Counted from the first letter of the stretch, positions 39,061-49,788 are shown. The stretch is 64,000 bases of DNA from a virus (IMGVR_UViG_3300010885_020868:2676-66675); one strand, 5' to 3'. A program made the numbers and translations. The notes: generated by a model from the sequence alone, not told the origin.

Positions 39061-39455
39061 GTGAAGTTTTTAACCCAGGAGAGCCTTTAGACATAGCTAA
39101 GCTAAATGAAATTTATGAAAGACTTACAAAATCAGAAACCACTCTTGTTGGAATTCAAAATTCTAACAAAGAAGCAACTAATTTCAAAATTACAACAGGA
39201 ACTTTATCTCAAACCCTTACTCCAACTAAAAAAGATCAAGTTGTTACTATTAACTACGGCACTACCTATAGGAGCATTCCGTCTATAATCATAACCCCAT
39301 ATGGAATAGCAGAAGGAACGTCAAAACTATTTTATTCTGTTGGTGGTAATTACAGTACAACTAATGCCAATATTCATTATTGGACCGATGATGCAAAATG
39401 GCTTGGTGGAACAATAGGATTTTTTTGGGTTGCAATAGGTCTTCCACAAGTTTAA
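39057..39455 (+). CDS. Small tail-associated protein (H-type lectin/gp53-like C-terminus, putative)
   Basis: V.INYG..Y.SIP.III.P ... FFWVAIG. Confidence 0.5.
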   Translation: MSEVFNPGEPLDIAKLNEIYERLTKSETTLVGIQNSNKEATNFKITTGTLSQTLTPTKKDQVVTINYGTTYRSIPSIIITPYGIAEGTSKLFYSVGGNYSTTNANIHYWTDDAKWLGGTIGFFWVAIGLPQV

Positions 39456-39460
39456 TAGTA

Positions 39461-39525
39461 TTGACAATCGTTTAAAATATGTTACAATTGCTGTAACCTA
39501 AAAGTCACGTACCCGTGACTTTTTT
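39461..39525 (+). promoter_or_regulatory. Promoter with overlapping inverted repeat and downstream terminator-like hairpin
   Basis: TTGACA-16-TACAAT (extended TG); IR GTTACA-n5-TGTAAC; hairpin AAAAGTCACG-tacc-CGTGACTTTTTT. Confidence 0.6.
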
Positions 39526-39540
39526 ACATTAAGGTAGATT

Positions 39541-40341
39541 ATGAGTAATGATTTAAAGTGGATGCTATCATCCGATCAGCAGTTCCCTTATCAAGATGAC
39601 AAAATGATTGCCTTGTGGTTCAAGGTTATGAAATGGTTTAAGCCAGATGTAGTAGATTATTTGGGCGATACGGATGATCAAGCTTGCTACAGCAAGTATA
39701 CAGAAGGAAGATCAGCAGAATTTTTAAATTATCATAAGACTGAAAGTGGCGATTTAATTGTACCAATGATGCGCCATGAGGCTAAGGGTGCAAGAGATTT
39801 TTATGCAAAGACTAGAGAGATGCTTCCTGATGCTCAGTTATTTTCGGCGCTAGGTAACCATGACATTAGAGTATTTAATTATGTAGATGCCAAGTTGCCA
39901 GAATATATTACTGAAGTAACACCAGAATCTTTATGGAGTCTAGACTCATTAGGATATGATTACATTTATTATAACGAATTACCTAAGCGCCGTTTTGGAG
40001 ATGTGCATGTTCATCATGGACTTTCAATTGCAGCATCTGGATCAGTTAGAAAAGATGTAGAGGACTTACAGGTATCTTTAATCCGTGGGCACTCACACAG
40101 AATTGCTTCACATATGGTAACATATGAACTAAGAAATAACGGAGAAGGAGAAACACTTCGTGGTTATGAAATTGGACACATGTGTGATGAAAAGAGCGAT
40201 GGCATGAAATATAGTCAGCACCATGATTGGCAAAAAGGATTTGCTGTAGCGCATATCGTAAATGACTATCCTCATATTCAAATGATTCACGTATCTCCAG
40301 ACTATACTTGTGTAGTGGATGGGAAAACATTTAGCTTATGA
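39541..40341 (+). CDS. Calcineurin-like metallophosphoesterase
   Basis: SDQQFP, LGDTDD, GNHD, HHG, GHSH motifs. Confidence 0.85.
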   Translation: MSNDLKWMLSSDQQFPYQDDKMIALWFKVMKWFKPDVVDYLGDTDDQACYSKYTEGRSAEFLNYHKTESGDLIVPMMRHEAKGARDFYAKTREMLPDAQLFSALGNHDIRVFNYVDAKLPEYITEVTPESLWSLDSLGYDYIYYNELPKRRFGDVHVHHGLSIAASGSVRKDVEDLQVSLIRGHSHRIASHMVTYELRNNGEGETLRGYEIGHMCDEKSDGMKYSQHHDWQKGFAVAHIVNDYPHIQMIHVSPDYTCVVDGKTFSL

Positions 40342-40526
40342 TGACGTGTCAGAGGTGTAAGGGTAGAGTATTTATTGACAGAGTATTCTCTCAGAAATTA
40401 CATATGGAATTGTTCTGCGTAATGTGTGGAAAGCGATGGATGATTAATAAAGAAACTAATAAGTTGGCAAAATGGCTAGAAAAAATGGAAGAAAAGTACG
40501 CAAAGCTTTTCTTTATTTCTTCCTAA
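40338..40526 (+). CDS. Zinc-ribbon protein
   Basis: CQRC...CVMC. Confidence 0.7.
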   Translation: MMTCQRCKGRVFIDRVFSQKLHMELFCVMCGKRWMINKETNKLAKWLEKMEEKYAKLFFISS

Positions 40527-40954
40527 ACGATAAACTACATAAGGTATTAAATTCATCTAGGTCAAAAGATGAGTTAGTTGCTTGGTGTTATCCTGATAAA
40601 AAAAGGGTTTTATATTCTTATTCTCAGGTAAATAAGTATATGGAAAATGCTTATAGCACCAGACAAGTATCTGTCTTGTTAAACAAGCATAAGGTAACTA
40701 TTGAGGATTATATTTTAGAGGGTAAGATTAAAGCTCCTTCTAAAGTTTATCCAATTGGTAATCCAGAAAGCACATGGTCTAAGTATATGTTTAATCAATC
40801 AGACATACTAGATTTACATCAGTTTATATTGGATGCTGGTCATTCAAAAGAAGTTCCATCAAAAACAGAATTGATGGCTCTTCTCAAACACAACATGATA
40901 TTGTATACTAGAACAGAAGAGGGCAACTTTGTCCCAGTATGGAAGGCGGAATAA
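40472..40954 (+). CDS. MerR-like helix-turn-helix DNA-binding protein
   Basis: YSTRQVSVLLNKHKVTIEDYILEGKI..P. Confidence 0.6.
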   Translation: MARKNGRKVRKAFLYFFLNDKLHKVLNSSRSKDELVAWCYPDKKRVLYSYSQVNKYMENAYSTRQVSVLLNKHKVTIEDYILEGKIKAPSKVYPIGNPESTWSKYMFNQSDILDLHQFILDAGHSKEVPSKTELMALLKHNMILYTRTEEGNFVPVWKAE

Positions 40955-41160
40955 TGTCAGAAACTGTAGTTAAAGTAGACCTATCGTTTACTAGAAATCT
41001 TGGTAACTATGAATCAATTAAAATTGGCATAGGCATTGAGGATATTGTTAGACATGGTGAAACAGTTGAAACCGCCACAGAAAGAGTTTATAAATTTGTT
41101 GAAGAAAAGCTTATTCAGAAAACTACCGAGGTGGAAGAAGAACTAAAGAGTGGCAAATGA
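40954..41160 (+). CDS. Hypothetical protein
   Basis: TRNLGNYES.KI motif; ATG overlaps upstream stop. Confidence 0.7.
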   Translation: MSETVVKVDLSFTRNLGNYESIKIGIGIEDIVRHGETVETATERVYKFVEEKLIQKTTEVEEELKSGK

Positions 41161-41473
41161 GAAAGAACCTTACATACTGATTAGTCTGTATCAATCTTTA
41201 TATAAAGATAAGTATGGCAAAATTCCTACCATGAATAAATTCCGTGAAAAGTGGGCAATGCAGGATGTAATTGATAGTGTAGGGTTTGAACGTGCTAAAG
41301 AACTTTTAGTTTATTATTTTAATTTAAATAAGAGTGGTCACCCACTTCAATTCTTTTTCTTTAACTTTGACAAGATTGAGAACAATAAAGTAGAATTAGA
41401 AAAAGATAAAGAGCGACGTAGAATCCTAATGAAGGAAACTAAAAAAATGGTTGAAGAAGGCGGGATGGCATGA
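41150..41473 (+). CDS. Hypothetical protein (possible helicase loader)
   Basis: Directly upstream of and coupled to DnaB. Confidence 0.55.
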   Translation: MANEKEPYILISLYQSLYKDKYGKIPTMNKFREKWAMQDVIDSVGFERAKELLVYYFNLNKSGHPLQFFFFNFDKIENNKVELEKDKERRRILMKETKKMVEEGGMA

Positions 41474-42708
41474 ATACAGAAGCAACATTAATTTCTGCAG
41501 TATGTAAGAATAAAGATATTAGCACTTTGCTTGCCGCCAATGTTGATGAGATATTTACATCTCATAAAGATATCTGGGAAGGCCTAAAGTCATATTACTA
41601 TAAGTTTAAGGCTGTCCCAGAAGTAGGCGTTCTAATGGAACGCTTTAAAGATTTTGAGCCAGTAGAAGTAAAAGCTGAGACTGGATACTATCTAGATAAA
41701 CTCAAGAATGAATTCCTTTCAAATAAACTTAAGACTATTATTCTTAAGAGTGGATCTATGCTTAAAGAAGATGCCGCATCTAGAGTTTTATCTGAAATGC
41801 AATCACAGCTTGCTTCGCTTAGCAAATTTACTAGCAACGTTCGTGACCTAGATGTTACTGATGCAGAAAATGCGGCACGACATTTTGAAGCAGTTAAAGT
41901 TCGTTCCGCTGAAATGGGTGGCTCTCCAGGAATTAAAACTGGATTCGATGCAATTGATTTAGCCTATCCTACTGGAATGGCTCCAGGACACCTTATCGTG
42001 GCTATTGGTTGGCCAGGAAGAGGAAAGACATGGTTTACATCTTATCTAGCTTGTAAGGCTTGGGAACAAGGTTTTAAGCCCATGATAGTTTCCCTTGAAA
42101 TGTCTCCAGAGAATATGCGTGATCGTATTTATACTATGATGGGTTCTGGACTATTTAAGGCTAGTGATTTGTCTAAGGGTGATATTAATATTGATGATTT
42201 CCGTTCATGGTCTAAGAAAAAGTTTGATAACAAGAACGGTTTTGTTTTAGTATCTAATGAGGGAATGACTGAAGTAACACCAGCAACTATTCAAGGAAAG
42301 ATTGATCAACATAAACCAGACTTAGTTATTCTAGATTATCATCAGTTGTTTTCCGATAATAAAAAGAGCATGGGAGCAACAGAACGTAACATGAATATCT
42401 CTAGAGAATTCAAGATGCTTGCTATGACTAATAGTATTCCAGTTATTGATATTACTGCCGCGACTATGGATGATATTTCAGATCAAGACGCTCCACCAAT
42501 GCTATCTCAAGTAGCATGGTCTAAGGCTATTGAATATGATGCGGACATGGCTATTGCTATTCACAAATATACTGGAACAAATATGATTGAAGTGGTTTCA
42601 AGAAAGAATCGTCATGGTCAAGAGTTCGGAATGTATTTAGACTGGGATATCAATCGTGGTATCGTTAAAGAAATTTATGAGAATCCACTAACAAAGAATG
42701 AATCATAA
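41470..42708 (+). CDS. dnaB: Replicative DNA helicase, DnaB-like
   Basis: Walker A GWPGRGKT, SLEM, LVILDY, IEYDAD, KNRHG. Confidence 0.92.
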   Translation: MNTEATLISAVCKNKDISTLLAANVDEIFTSHKDIWEGLKSYYYKFKAVPEVGVLMERFKDFEPVEVKAETGYYLDKLKNEFLSNKLKTIILKSGSMLKEDAASRVLSEMQSQLASLSKFTSNVRDLDVTDAENAARHFEAVKVRSAEMGGSPGIKTGFDAIDLAYPTGMAPGHLIVAIGWPGRGKTWFTSYLACKAWEQGFKPMIVSLEMSPENMRDRIYTMMGSGLFKASDLSKGDINIDDFRSWSKKKFDNKNGFVLVSNEGMTEVTPATIQGKIDQHKPDLVILDYHQLFSDNKKSMGATERNMNISREFKMLAMTNSIPVIDITAATMDDISDQDAPPMLSQVAWSKAIEYDADMAIAIHKYTGTNMIEVVSRKNRHGQEFGMYLDWDINRGIVKEIYENPLTKNES

Positions 42709-43000
42709 AAATATAAAAAGATTTCAAATTAATGTTGAGTTTCATGATGATTCTGATATGATCAGGATTAAAGCTCAGTACGAAAGTCTTTTGTCTCAGG
42801 ACATGAGAGGTAAAGGATATGCCAGAGTGCTTGACATAGACACTAACTTTTCAGTACAATTTACAGGTGAAACATGGTCATTCTTAATGACTATGTATGG
42901 AGTATACGTAGGAAAGAGGAAGGCATGGCAATCAGAGGGAATTACGCAAGGAAAATTGATTCCACGCATTATGCGCCAGCACACATTAAGTCAATTATAA
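42698..43000 (+). CDS. Hypothetical protein
   Basis: ORF between helicase and primase; YGVYVGK motif. Confidence 0.65.
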   Translation: MNHKNIKRFQINVEFHDDSDMIRIKAQYESLLSQDMRGKGYARVLDIDTNFSVQFTGETWSFLMTMYGVYVGKRKAWQSEGITQGKLIPRIMRQHTLSQL

Positions 43001-43923
43001 AAACTATTGGCTTAGAGTTAGTTGGAGAAACGTCTAATGATTTCCTATGCTATTGTCCATTTCATAGCAATAGGCATACCTCAAGCTTTAGCGTAAGCCG
43101 AGAAATAGGCGCCTTTATTTGTTTTAATCCCTCATGCGGAGAGTCAGGAACTTTAGTTGAGTTAGTTAAACGTGTTCTTCATAAGAATGATTTTGAGGCT
43201 CTTAGATTTATTTCATCTAAGGAGTCGGAAGCCTTAGAAAATTTTGATGAATTATTAAGTGGGGTAATGGAAGATAAGCCAGACTTTATAGAATTCCCCC
43301 AGGAAACATTAAATAATCTACATAATGATTTAATTAAAAGCGAAGAAGCCAAACAATATTTTCATTCTAGAAAAATAGACCTACAGTCTATTACACATTT
43401 TTCTTTAGGATATTCTCCAAAACAAAACATGGTTACGGTACCAGTTCACAGTCCAGACGGAACTCCAGTCGGATTAGTTGGAAGATCCATATCTGAAAAA
43501 AAGTTTAAGAACAGTACAAACCTTCCACGAAGCAAAACTATGTTCAATATTCATCGTGCCAAGAAAATTGGTGACCATGTAATCATTGTTGAGTCTAGCT
43601 TTGATGCAATCCGAGTGCATCAAGCTGGATTCCCTAATGTTGTGGCTACTCTTGGTGGGCACATCTCTTCAGAAAATATTGGTCTGCTTAATAGATATTT
43701 TAATAAGGTAACAATAATGACAGACTCAGATTTAGCGGGTAGAGAATTAGGAGTTACAATATGTAGTAGGTTAAAAAATAAAGACCTATTGTGGGCTTCG
43801 TATTCTTATGGTAAGATATATCCACATGACGCAAAAGATGTAGGCGATATGACTGATGAAGAAATTAAAACCTGTGTTAAAAATGCTGTATCCAATATAG
43901 AATACAGATCTTGGAATGAATGA
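42925..43923 (+). CDS. dnaG: DNA primase (CHC2 zinc finger + TOPRIM)
   Basis: CPFH...CFNPSC; IIVES.FD, ATLG, DSDLAG, KDVGD (ORF track start 42874). Confidence 0.9.
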   Translation: MAIRGNYARKIDSTHYAPAHIKSIIKTIGLELVGETSNDFLCYCPFHSNRHTSSFSVSREIGAFICFNPSCGESGTLVELVKRVLHKNDFEALRFISSKESEALENFDELLSGVMEDKPDFIEFPQETLNNLHNDLIKSEEAKQYFHSRKIDLQSITHFSLGYSPKQNMVTVPVHSPDGTPVGLVGRSISEKKFKNSTNLPRSKTMFNIHRAKKIGDHVIIVESSFDAIRVHQAGFPNVVATLGGHISSENIGLLNRYFNKVTIMTDSDLAGRELGVTICSRLKNKDLLWASYSYGKIYPHDAKDVGDMTDEEIKTCVKNAVSNIEYRSWNE

Positions 43924-43978
43924 TATAATAGTAATACAGATGGATTTATACCATCAACTATAAGAAAAGGAGATACAA

Positions 43979-44650
43979 ATGGGTATCGTTAAAGGACTAA
44001 AAGACCTGAATAAGGTTATGGATAAGCCGCAATCAACAGGCGGAGATGGAACAAAAGCTCGCTGGGCAAAGTTGGAAGATTCTGAAAGTGTTAAGATTCG
44101 TTTCTTACAAGAATTAGATCCAGATTCACCAACTTATAATGAAAAGCACGGCTTGGGATTTATTGCTGTTGAACATACAAATCCAAAAGATTACCGTCGC
44201 AAAGCTCTATGCTCTATGGATGACCAAGGCAAGTGCTATGGTTGCGAACAACATCGAAAAGACTACAAGGCAGGATGGAAAGGTCGTTCACGACTTTACA
44301 TTAATGTACTTCTAGATGATGGAAAAGAAGATCCTTATGTGGCAATTCTTTCACAAGGTTCAAGTGGAAAAACAATTACACCTACACTCATTGAGTATGC
44401 TGGTGAAATGGGATCGATTACAAATCTCATGTGGCGCATTAAGCGTACAGGTACAAAGACAGACACAAGCTACACAATTATTCCTCTAGCCAAGGATGAA
44501 ACAGCATTTGATGCATCAAGTCTAGAACTATATGATCTTGAAACAACTGCTGTACGAGACCTACCTTATACAGAACAAGAAGCCTTCTTTGCTGGCGAAG
44601 GCGGACATGCTGAAGAGTCTTCTGCTACAAGTAGCAATCTAGACTGGTAA
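43979..44650 (+). CDS. Single-stranded DNA-binding protein (gp32-like, Zn-binding)
   Basis: KIRFL, H...C...CYGC, IKRTG..TDTSY, acidic tail ending DW. Confidence 0.75.
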   Translation: MGIVKGLKDLNKVMDKPQSTGGDGTKARWAKLEDSESVKIRFLQELDPDSPTYNEKHGLGFIAVEHTNPKDYRRKALCSMDDQGKCYGCEQHRKDYKAGWKGRSRLYINVLLDDGKEDPYVAILSQGSSGKTITPTLIEYAGEMGSITNLMWRIKRTGTKTDTSYTIIPLAKDETAFDASSLELYDLETTAVRDLPYTEQEAFFAGEGGHAEESSATSSNLDW

Positions 44651-44661
44651 TTATAACGACT

Positions 44662-44694
44662 GGGGCCAGTCACTAGACTGGCCCCTTTCTATTT
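44662..44694 (+). terminator. Stem-loop / terminator
   Basis: GGGGCCAGTC-acta-GACTGGCCCC-TTTCTATTT. Confidence 0.75.
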
Positions 44695-44710
44695 AGTAGA
44701 ATTGGCGGAT

Positions 44711-47700
44711 ATGGAAAACAAAAGATTTACACATTTACATGTGCACTCATATTATTCTTTAATGGATGGATTGAACTCCCCTAAAGAATTATGTCAGGCT
44801 GCTTTAGATGCTGGACAAACTGCGATTGCAATTACAGATCATGGAACATTATCATCTCATCGTGATATGCAAATAGCGGCTAAAGAATTAGGCATTAAGC
44901 CAATTTTAGGAGTAGAAGCATATATTTCTCCAACAGATAGATTCGACAGATCATCAAAGACAGATAAATCTATTCAAGCATACAACCATATTATTTTGTT
45001 GGCTAAAAATAAAAAGGGTTTAAAAAATATTAACATTCTCCAAGAACTTGCTTGGAACGAAGGCTTTTATCATAAGCCACGAATTGATAGAGAGGTATTA
45101 AAAGTATATGCAGAAGGTATTATTGTTTTGTCTGGATGCCTCAACGGTCTTATTAGCAAAGCTATTGAGCGTGGAGAATTCTCTGAAGCAAAATTGGTAC
45201 TCAAAGATTTTAAACAAACTTTCGCTGAAGATTTTTATATTGAGATTCAATCTCACAATCCGCCAGAAATAAATTCAAAGCTTTTAGAATTAGCCGATGA
45301 ACTTAAAATTAAAGCGGTGGCAACAGGAGATGCCCACTTTGCTAAAGAAGAAGATAGAATCTTAGAAGAAGCATTACTAATTCTATCAACATCTCCAAAG
45401 ACAGATAAGGATACAGACTTTGATATGTCTAGAAACATGAAGAATATGTTAGATAGATTTAACTATCTTTATCCAGATCGTAGAATTTCATTTCAAGACT
45501 ATAATCTATTTATTCAAAGCCGTTCTGAGTTAGAAGCTGACTTTAATAAAGCTGGGATTAATCGAATAGACATTTATGAGAATACAATGGAGATTGCCGA
45601 CAAGATTGGTGAATATGACTTTAATCAGGGATTAGACCTTCTGCCAGTCCCAAAGACTGATGCCGATGAAAGACTACGGGATCTGGCTGAAAAGGGCTTA
45701 GAGAGCCTTGGGAAGGCTTCTGATGAGGTCTATGTGGCTCGCATGGAAGAAGAATTGGCAGTAATTGCCTCTAAAAACTTTGCCTCCTATTTCTTGGTAG
45801 TGGGAGATATGATTAATTGGGCTAAGGATACGGGAATTCGGGTTGGTCCAGGACGTGGTTCGGCAGCAGGATCTTTAGTCTGCTATGCCCTAGGAATTAC
45901 AGATGTTGATCCAATTAAATATGACCTGTTGTTTTTCCGATTTATTAATCCAGAGCGTAATGACTTTCCAGATATTGATACAGACTTTGAAGACCGTCGC
46001 CGTAAAGAAGTTAAAGAGTATTTAAAGAAGAGGTTTAAGCATGTAGCTTCAATTTCTACATATACTTATTTTAAAGATAAGGGTGTAGTCCGTGATGCTG
46101 CTCGTGTATTTATGGTTCCACTCCAAGAAGTTAATCGTGCCTTAAAACCAGTAGATACTTTTGAAGATTTTATGGAGTCACCAAATACTAAAGAATTTAG
46201 AATGAGATACCCAGAAGTTGTTTGGCTTGCTGAAAGATTGCGTGGCCGAATTCGTTCTGTCGGAGTCCATGCTGCGGGTGTTGTAGTTGCTAAAGATGAT
46301 TTAAGAAAATATGCTCCAGTTGAATCTAGAGAAGATGCTCAAGATAAAGTTTCTGGTCGTATTCCCGTTGTAGCATATGACATGGATACTGTAGCAGACA
46401 TTGGGTTAATTAAGTTAGACGCTTTAGGATTAAAAACTCTTTCTGTTATATCTGACACTCTATCTTCAATTAAAGAAAGACATAAAAAAGAAATAAATCT
46501 TTCAGAATTAAAACTGGATGATCCTAAAGTTTATAAGATGTTAAGCGAAGGATACACTAAGGGAGTATTTCAAGCTGAAGCAACTCCCTACACAAATCTT
46601 CTCATGAAGATGGGCGTAGATAAATTTGAAGACTTAGTTGCATCTAATGCTTTAGTCCGTCCAGGCGCGATGAATACTGTTGGTGCTGCCTACATTGACC
46701 GTAAAAACGGAAGAGAAGCAGTAGATTACAGCCATGTATTAATGAAAGAGTTTACCGAAAACACATATGGTGTTATTATATATCAAGAGCAAGTTATGCA
46801 AGCATGTGTTCACTTAGGAGGAATGTCTTGGTCAGAAGCGGATAAAGTTCGTAAGATCATTGGCAAAAAGAAAGATGCAAAAGAATTCGACCAGTTCAAA
46901 GATAAGTTTATTGAGGGCGCTTCTGGGCATATCTCAAAAAAGAAAGCGGAGCAGCTATGGCATGACTTTGAAGCTCATGCTGGTTATTCGTTTAACCGTT
47001 CTCATGCTGTTGCTTATTCCATGCTTTCTTATTATACAGCTTGGCTTAAAACTTATTATCCTTTGGAATTTATGTTTTCAATTCTTAAAAATGAAAATGA
47101 TAAAGATGCGAGAACCGAATATTTAATTGAAGCAAAACGACTTGGGTTACGCATCATGCTTCCTCATGTCAATGAATCTGACATATACTTTTCATTACAA
47201 GACGGCGGAATTAGATTTGGACTTGCCGAAGTAAAGTTTATATCTGACAATATTGCTAATAAAATTATGGAGAAGCGCCCATTTAAAGACTACGCAGAGC
47301 TAATTGATAAAGCTTCTAAAAAGGGTAGCGGTATTAATAGCCGAGCAATTGAAGCACTAAATGCAATTGGCGGTGCAGCGTTTAAAGATAATCCAAGAAC
47401 TGGTAATGAAAAAGATAACTATTACGAATATTTAGGAATACCTACTTTTAACTTGGCTGGTATCCCTCCACGCATTAAAGCGCAAGCTAGGCCGATTGAT
47501 GATTTTGATGATCTAGGATCCTTTGTTATGTTTGGAATGGTTAAAAGTATTAAGCGTGGAACTGGTTGGGCAAGAGTAGAGTTGGTAGATGAAACTGGAA
47601 CTATTGGATTGTTCCATCATGAAGATACTCAGATAGAGCCAAACCAAATGTACTTTATTTTGGTCGGAGATAATAGAATATCTAGATATATAAAGGTAAG

Positions 47701-47989
47701 CGAAATAGATCCTAGCGGATCAGATTTATTTGTAGATTACTTATATAGAAAAGAATATGATTTAGAAGAGGATGAATATATTGTAGTAAGCTTTACTCCA
47801 TATAAAACTAAGGCTGGCAAGATGATGAGTCACATAGTTTTATCTAATGCTGATAAACAATTAACTAGAGTTATTGTATTCCCTACCCTATACAAGATAT
47901 CACTTGCTAAAATGCGAGAAGGCATGAAATGTAAATTGGTATTATCTAAATTAGATGATGGCACACTTAACGTAAAGGAAATAAAATGA
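44711..47989 (+). CDS. dnaE: DNA polymerase III alpha subunit (family C, PHP domain intact)
   Basis: HLHVHSYYSL.DG, AITDHG, GRGSAAGS, PDIDTDF, HAAGVV, KLDALGL, FNRSHA. Confidence 0.95.
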   Translation: MENKRFTHLHVHSYYSLMDGLNSPKELCQAALDAGQTAIAITDHGTLSSHRDMQIAAKELGIKPILGVEAYISPTDRFDRSSKTDKSIQAYNHIILLAKNKKGLKNINILQELAWNEGFYHKPRIDREVLKVYAEGIIVLSGCLNGLISKAIERGEFSEAKLVLKDFKQTFAEDFYIEIQSHNPPEINSKLLELADELKIKAVATGDAHFAKEEDRILEEALLILSTSPKTDKDTDFDMSRNMKNMLDRFNYLYPDRRISFQDYNLFIQSRSELEADFNKAGINRIDIYENTMEIADKIGEYDFNQGLDLLPVPKTDADERLRDLAEKGLESLGKASDEVYVARMEEELAVIASKNFASYFLVVGDMINWAKDTGIRVGPGRGSAAGSLVCYALGITDVDPIKYDLLFFRFINPERNDFPDIDTDFEDRRRKEVKEYLKKRFKHVASISTYTYFKDKGVVRDAARVFMVPLQEVNRALKPVDTFEDFMESPNTKEFRMRYPEVVWLAERLRGRIRSVGVHAAGVVVAKDDLRKYAPVESREDAQDKVSGRIPVVAYDMDTVADIGLIKLDALGLKTLSVISDTLSSIKERHKKEINLSELKLDDPKVYKMLSEGYTKGVFQAEATPYTNLLMKMGVDKFEDLVASNALVRPGAMNTVGAAYIDRKNGREAVDYSHVLMKEFTENTYGVIIYQEQVMQACVHLGGMSWSEADKVRKIIGKKKDAKEFDQFKDKFIEGASGHISKKKAEQLWHDFEAHAGYSFNRSHAVAYSMLSYYTAWLKTYYPLEFMFSILKNENDKDARTEYLIEAKRLGLRIMLPHVNESDIYFSLQDGGIRFGLAEVKFISDNIANKIMEKRPFKDYAELIDKASKKGSGINSRAIEALNAIGGAAFKDNPRTGNEKDNYYEYLGIPTFNLAGIPPRIKAQARPIDDFDDLGSFVMFGMVKSIKRGTGWARVELVDETGTIGLFHHEDTQIEPNQMYFILVGDNRISRYIKVSEIDPSGSDLFVDYLYRKEYDLEEDEYIVVSFTPYKTKAGKMMSHIVLSNADKQLTRVIVFPTLYKISLAKMREGMKCKLVLSKLDDGTLNVKEIK

Positions 47990-48201
47990 CAGAAATAGAT
48001 CCACAGGATTTATTTAAAGAAATGAGTCTTAGTAAAATTTTAGTTGCTATGCTAGAAACTTTAGGAACAATTGATATCCCCGCCCTAACATTTTTAGATG
48101 CTGCTAAAGAAGATAAACAATTACAGATTGATTATGATTCGGAAATCGAATCATTTACATTTAAATTAAAGGAGAACCATGAACAACCAGATAACAACTA
48201 A
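47986..48201 (+). CDS. Hypothetical protein
   Basis: Coupled ORF (ATGA overlap). Confidence 0.65.
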   Translation: MTEIDPQDLFKEMSLSKILVAMLETLGTIDIPALTFLDAAKEDKQLQIDYDSEIESFTFKLKENHEQPDNN

Positions 48202-48568
48202 GTCTTTAAATAACCCAAATCACAGAGAGATTAATTTAGTAACAGATTATGGAATGGATGCGTTAGCAGCTGTTCTTCATGAAACTGCAATTGAAAAAGG
48301 TTTCTGGGATGGAGAAATCGGATATGACAAGATCGGTAATAAGCTTGCTCTCGTACATTCAGAAGTTACTGAAGTGCTGGAAGCTATCCGTAAGAATAAA
48401 GGGTCTGAAGAAGTTGTAGAAGAAATAGCAGATATTATTATTCGTACGTTAGATGTCTATGCTGCTATGAGAAATACAGGAGATCTTACACATAGCTTAG
48501 ATGAAGTTTTATTTAATAAAATGGAAAAGAATAAGGCACGACCAAAGCTTCACGGCAACCGTTTTTAA
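48179..48568 (+). CDS. MazG-like nucleotide pyrophosphohydrolase
   Basis: LALVHSEVTEVLEA.R...EEIADIIIR.LD...KMEKN..R. Confidence 0.8.
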   Translation: MNNQITTKSLNNPNHREINLVTDYGMDALAAVLHETAIEKGFWDGEIGYDKIGNKLALVHSEVTEVLEAIRKNKGSEEVVEEIADIIIRTLDVYAAMRNTGDLTHSLDEVLFNKMEKNKARPKLHGNRF

Positions 48569-48599
48569 TGCTATAATAATGAAAAAGAAAGAGTTAAAA

Positions 48600-49604
48600 A
48601 TGACAATATTGATAGACGATATACTATCAAAGCTTGACCCTAAAACAAGAGCAAGAGTTCAATCCGCACAGAATATAGTTGTTGAAAAACAAAAAACTCC
48701 AAGTGCTGGATTAAATATGGCTCTTAGGGGTGGCCTTGGATATGGAAGACAGGTTTTAGTTTGGGGCAATAAGTCCGCAGGCAAATCTTCTTTTTGCTTA
48801 CAAACAATTGCTTTAGCACAGAAAGAGGGTAAAACCTGTGCATGGATTGATGCAGAAGCATCATATGATCAAGCATGGGCGGAGTCCTTGGGGGTAGATT
48901 CATCTTCTCTTATTTATTCCCCCGCAAAAACTGTAAATGATATGGTTGATGTTGCTACCAAGTTAATGGATGCGGGAATAGATATAATTGTTGTTGATTC
49001 CATATCAGCACTATTACCAGCCATTTATTTTGAAAAAGATGGCAACGATATGAAAGATTTACAAGACACTAAACAAATTGGTGCGGAAGCAAAGGACATG
49101 ACACATGCAGTTAAAATGCTTAACTACGCAAACAAAAACACATTACTTATACTTATATCACAACAAAGAAACCAGTTTGGAAGTATGCATGCTTCCCACA
49201 TCCCAACAGGAGGAATGGCAGTCAAGTTCTTTTCCTCAACAGTTGTCAAGCTTTGGTCTTCCGAAGCTGAAGCTAATGCTATTAAGTCTGGTATACAGGT
49301 CGGTGATAAAATCATTGAACAAAGGGTCGGTAGACCAGTTAACTGGATCATTGACTATAACAAACTTGGACCCCCAAACTTATCTGGACAGTACGACTTC
49401 TATTATCAAGGCTCACACCTTGGCGTAGATCGTGTTGGTGAAACTTTAGATGTAGCAGAAATGTGCGGGATAGTAGAAAAGGGTGGAGCATGGTATACAG
49501 TAAATGGAGAACGTTTTCAAGGACGTGCAAAGGCTGTGGCATATTTAAGAGAAAATCCAGATGTTGTAGACAACTTAATTGGAGAAATAGATGCCAGATC
49601 TTAA
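48600..49604 (+). CDS. recA: RecA/UvsX-like recombinase
   Basis: Walker A GNKSAGKS, IDAE, IIVVDS, SQQR, TGG.A.KF, GAWY, QG (ORF track start 48501). Confidence 0.92.
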   Translation: MTILIDDILSKLDPKTRARVQSAQNIVVEKQKTPSAGLNMALRGGLGYGRQVLVWGNKSAGKSSFCLQTIALAQKEGKTCAWIDAEASYDQAWAESLGVDSSSLIYSPAKTVNDMVDVATKLMDAGIDIIVVDSISALLPAIYFEKDGNDMKDLQDTKQIGAEAKDMTHAVKMLNYANKNTLLILISQQRNQFGSMHASHIPTGGMAVKFFSSTVVKLWSSEAEANAIKSGIQVGDKIIEQRVGRPVNWIIDYNKLGPPNLSGQYDFYYQGSHLGVDRVGETLDVAEMCGIVEKGGAWYTVNGERFQGRAKAVAYLRENPDVVDNLIGEIDARS

Positions 49605-49788
49605 TCAGTTTCTTAATAAAAAGAAAGTAGATTTAAAATTAAATGACAGGGATCTAGAACAGCTAAATGGAATTCGTCCATGTTCACATTGCTCCGAAGA
49701 TGTAGTTGGCGCATTATGGGATGCTATTGATTTGACCATGTATTGGAAATGCAGTAATGGTCATGAAAATTCTTTTAAGGTTAACTAA
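49591..49788 (+). CDS. Small Zn-ribbon protein
   Basis: CSHC...WKCSNGH. Confidence 0.65.
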   Translation: MPDLNQFLNKKKVDLKLNDRDLEQLNGIRPCSHCSEDVVGALWDAIDLTMYWKCSNGHENSFKVN

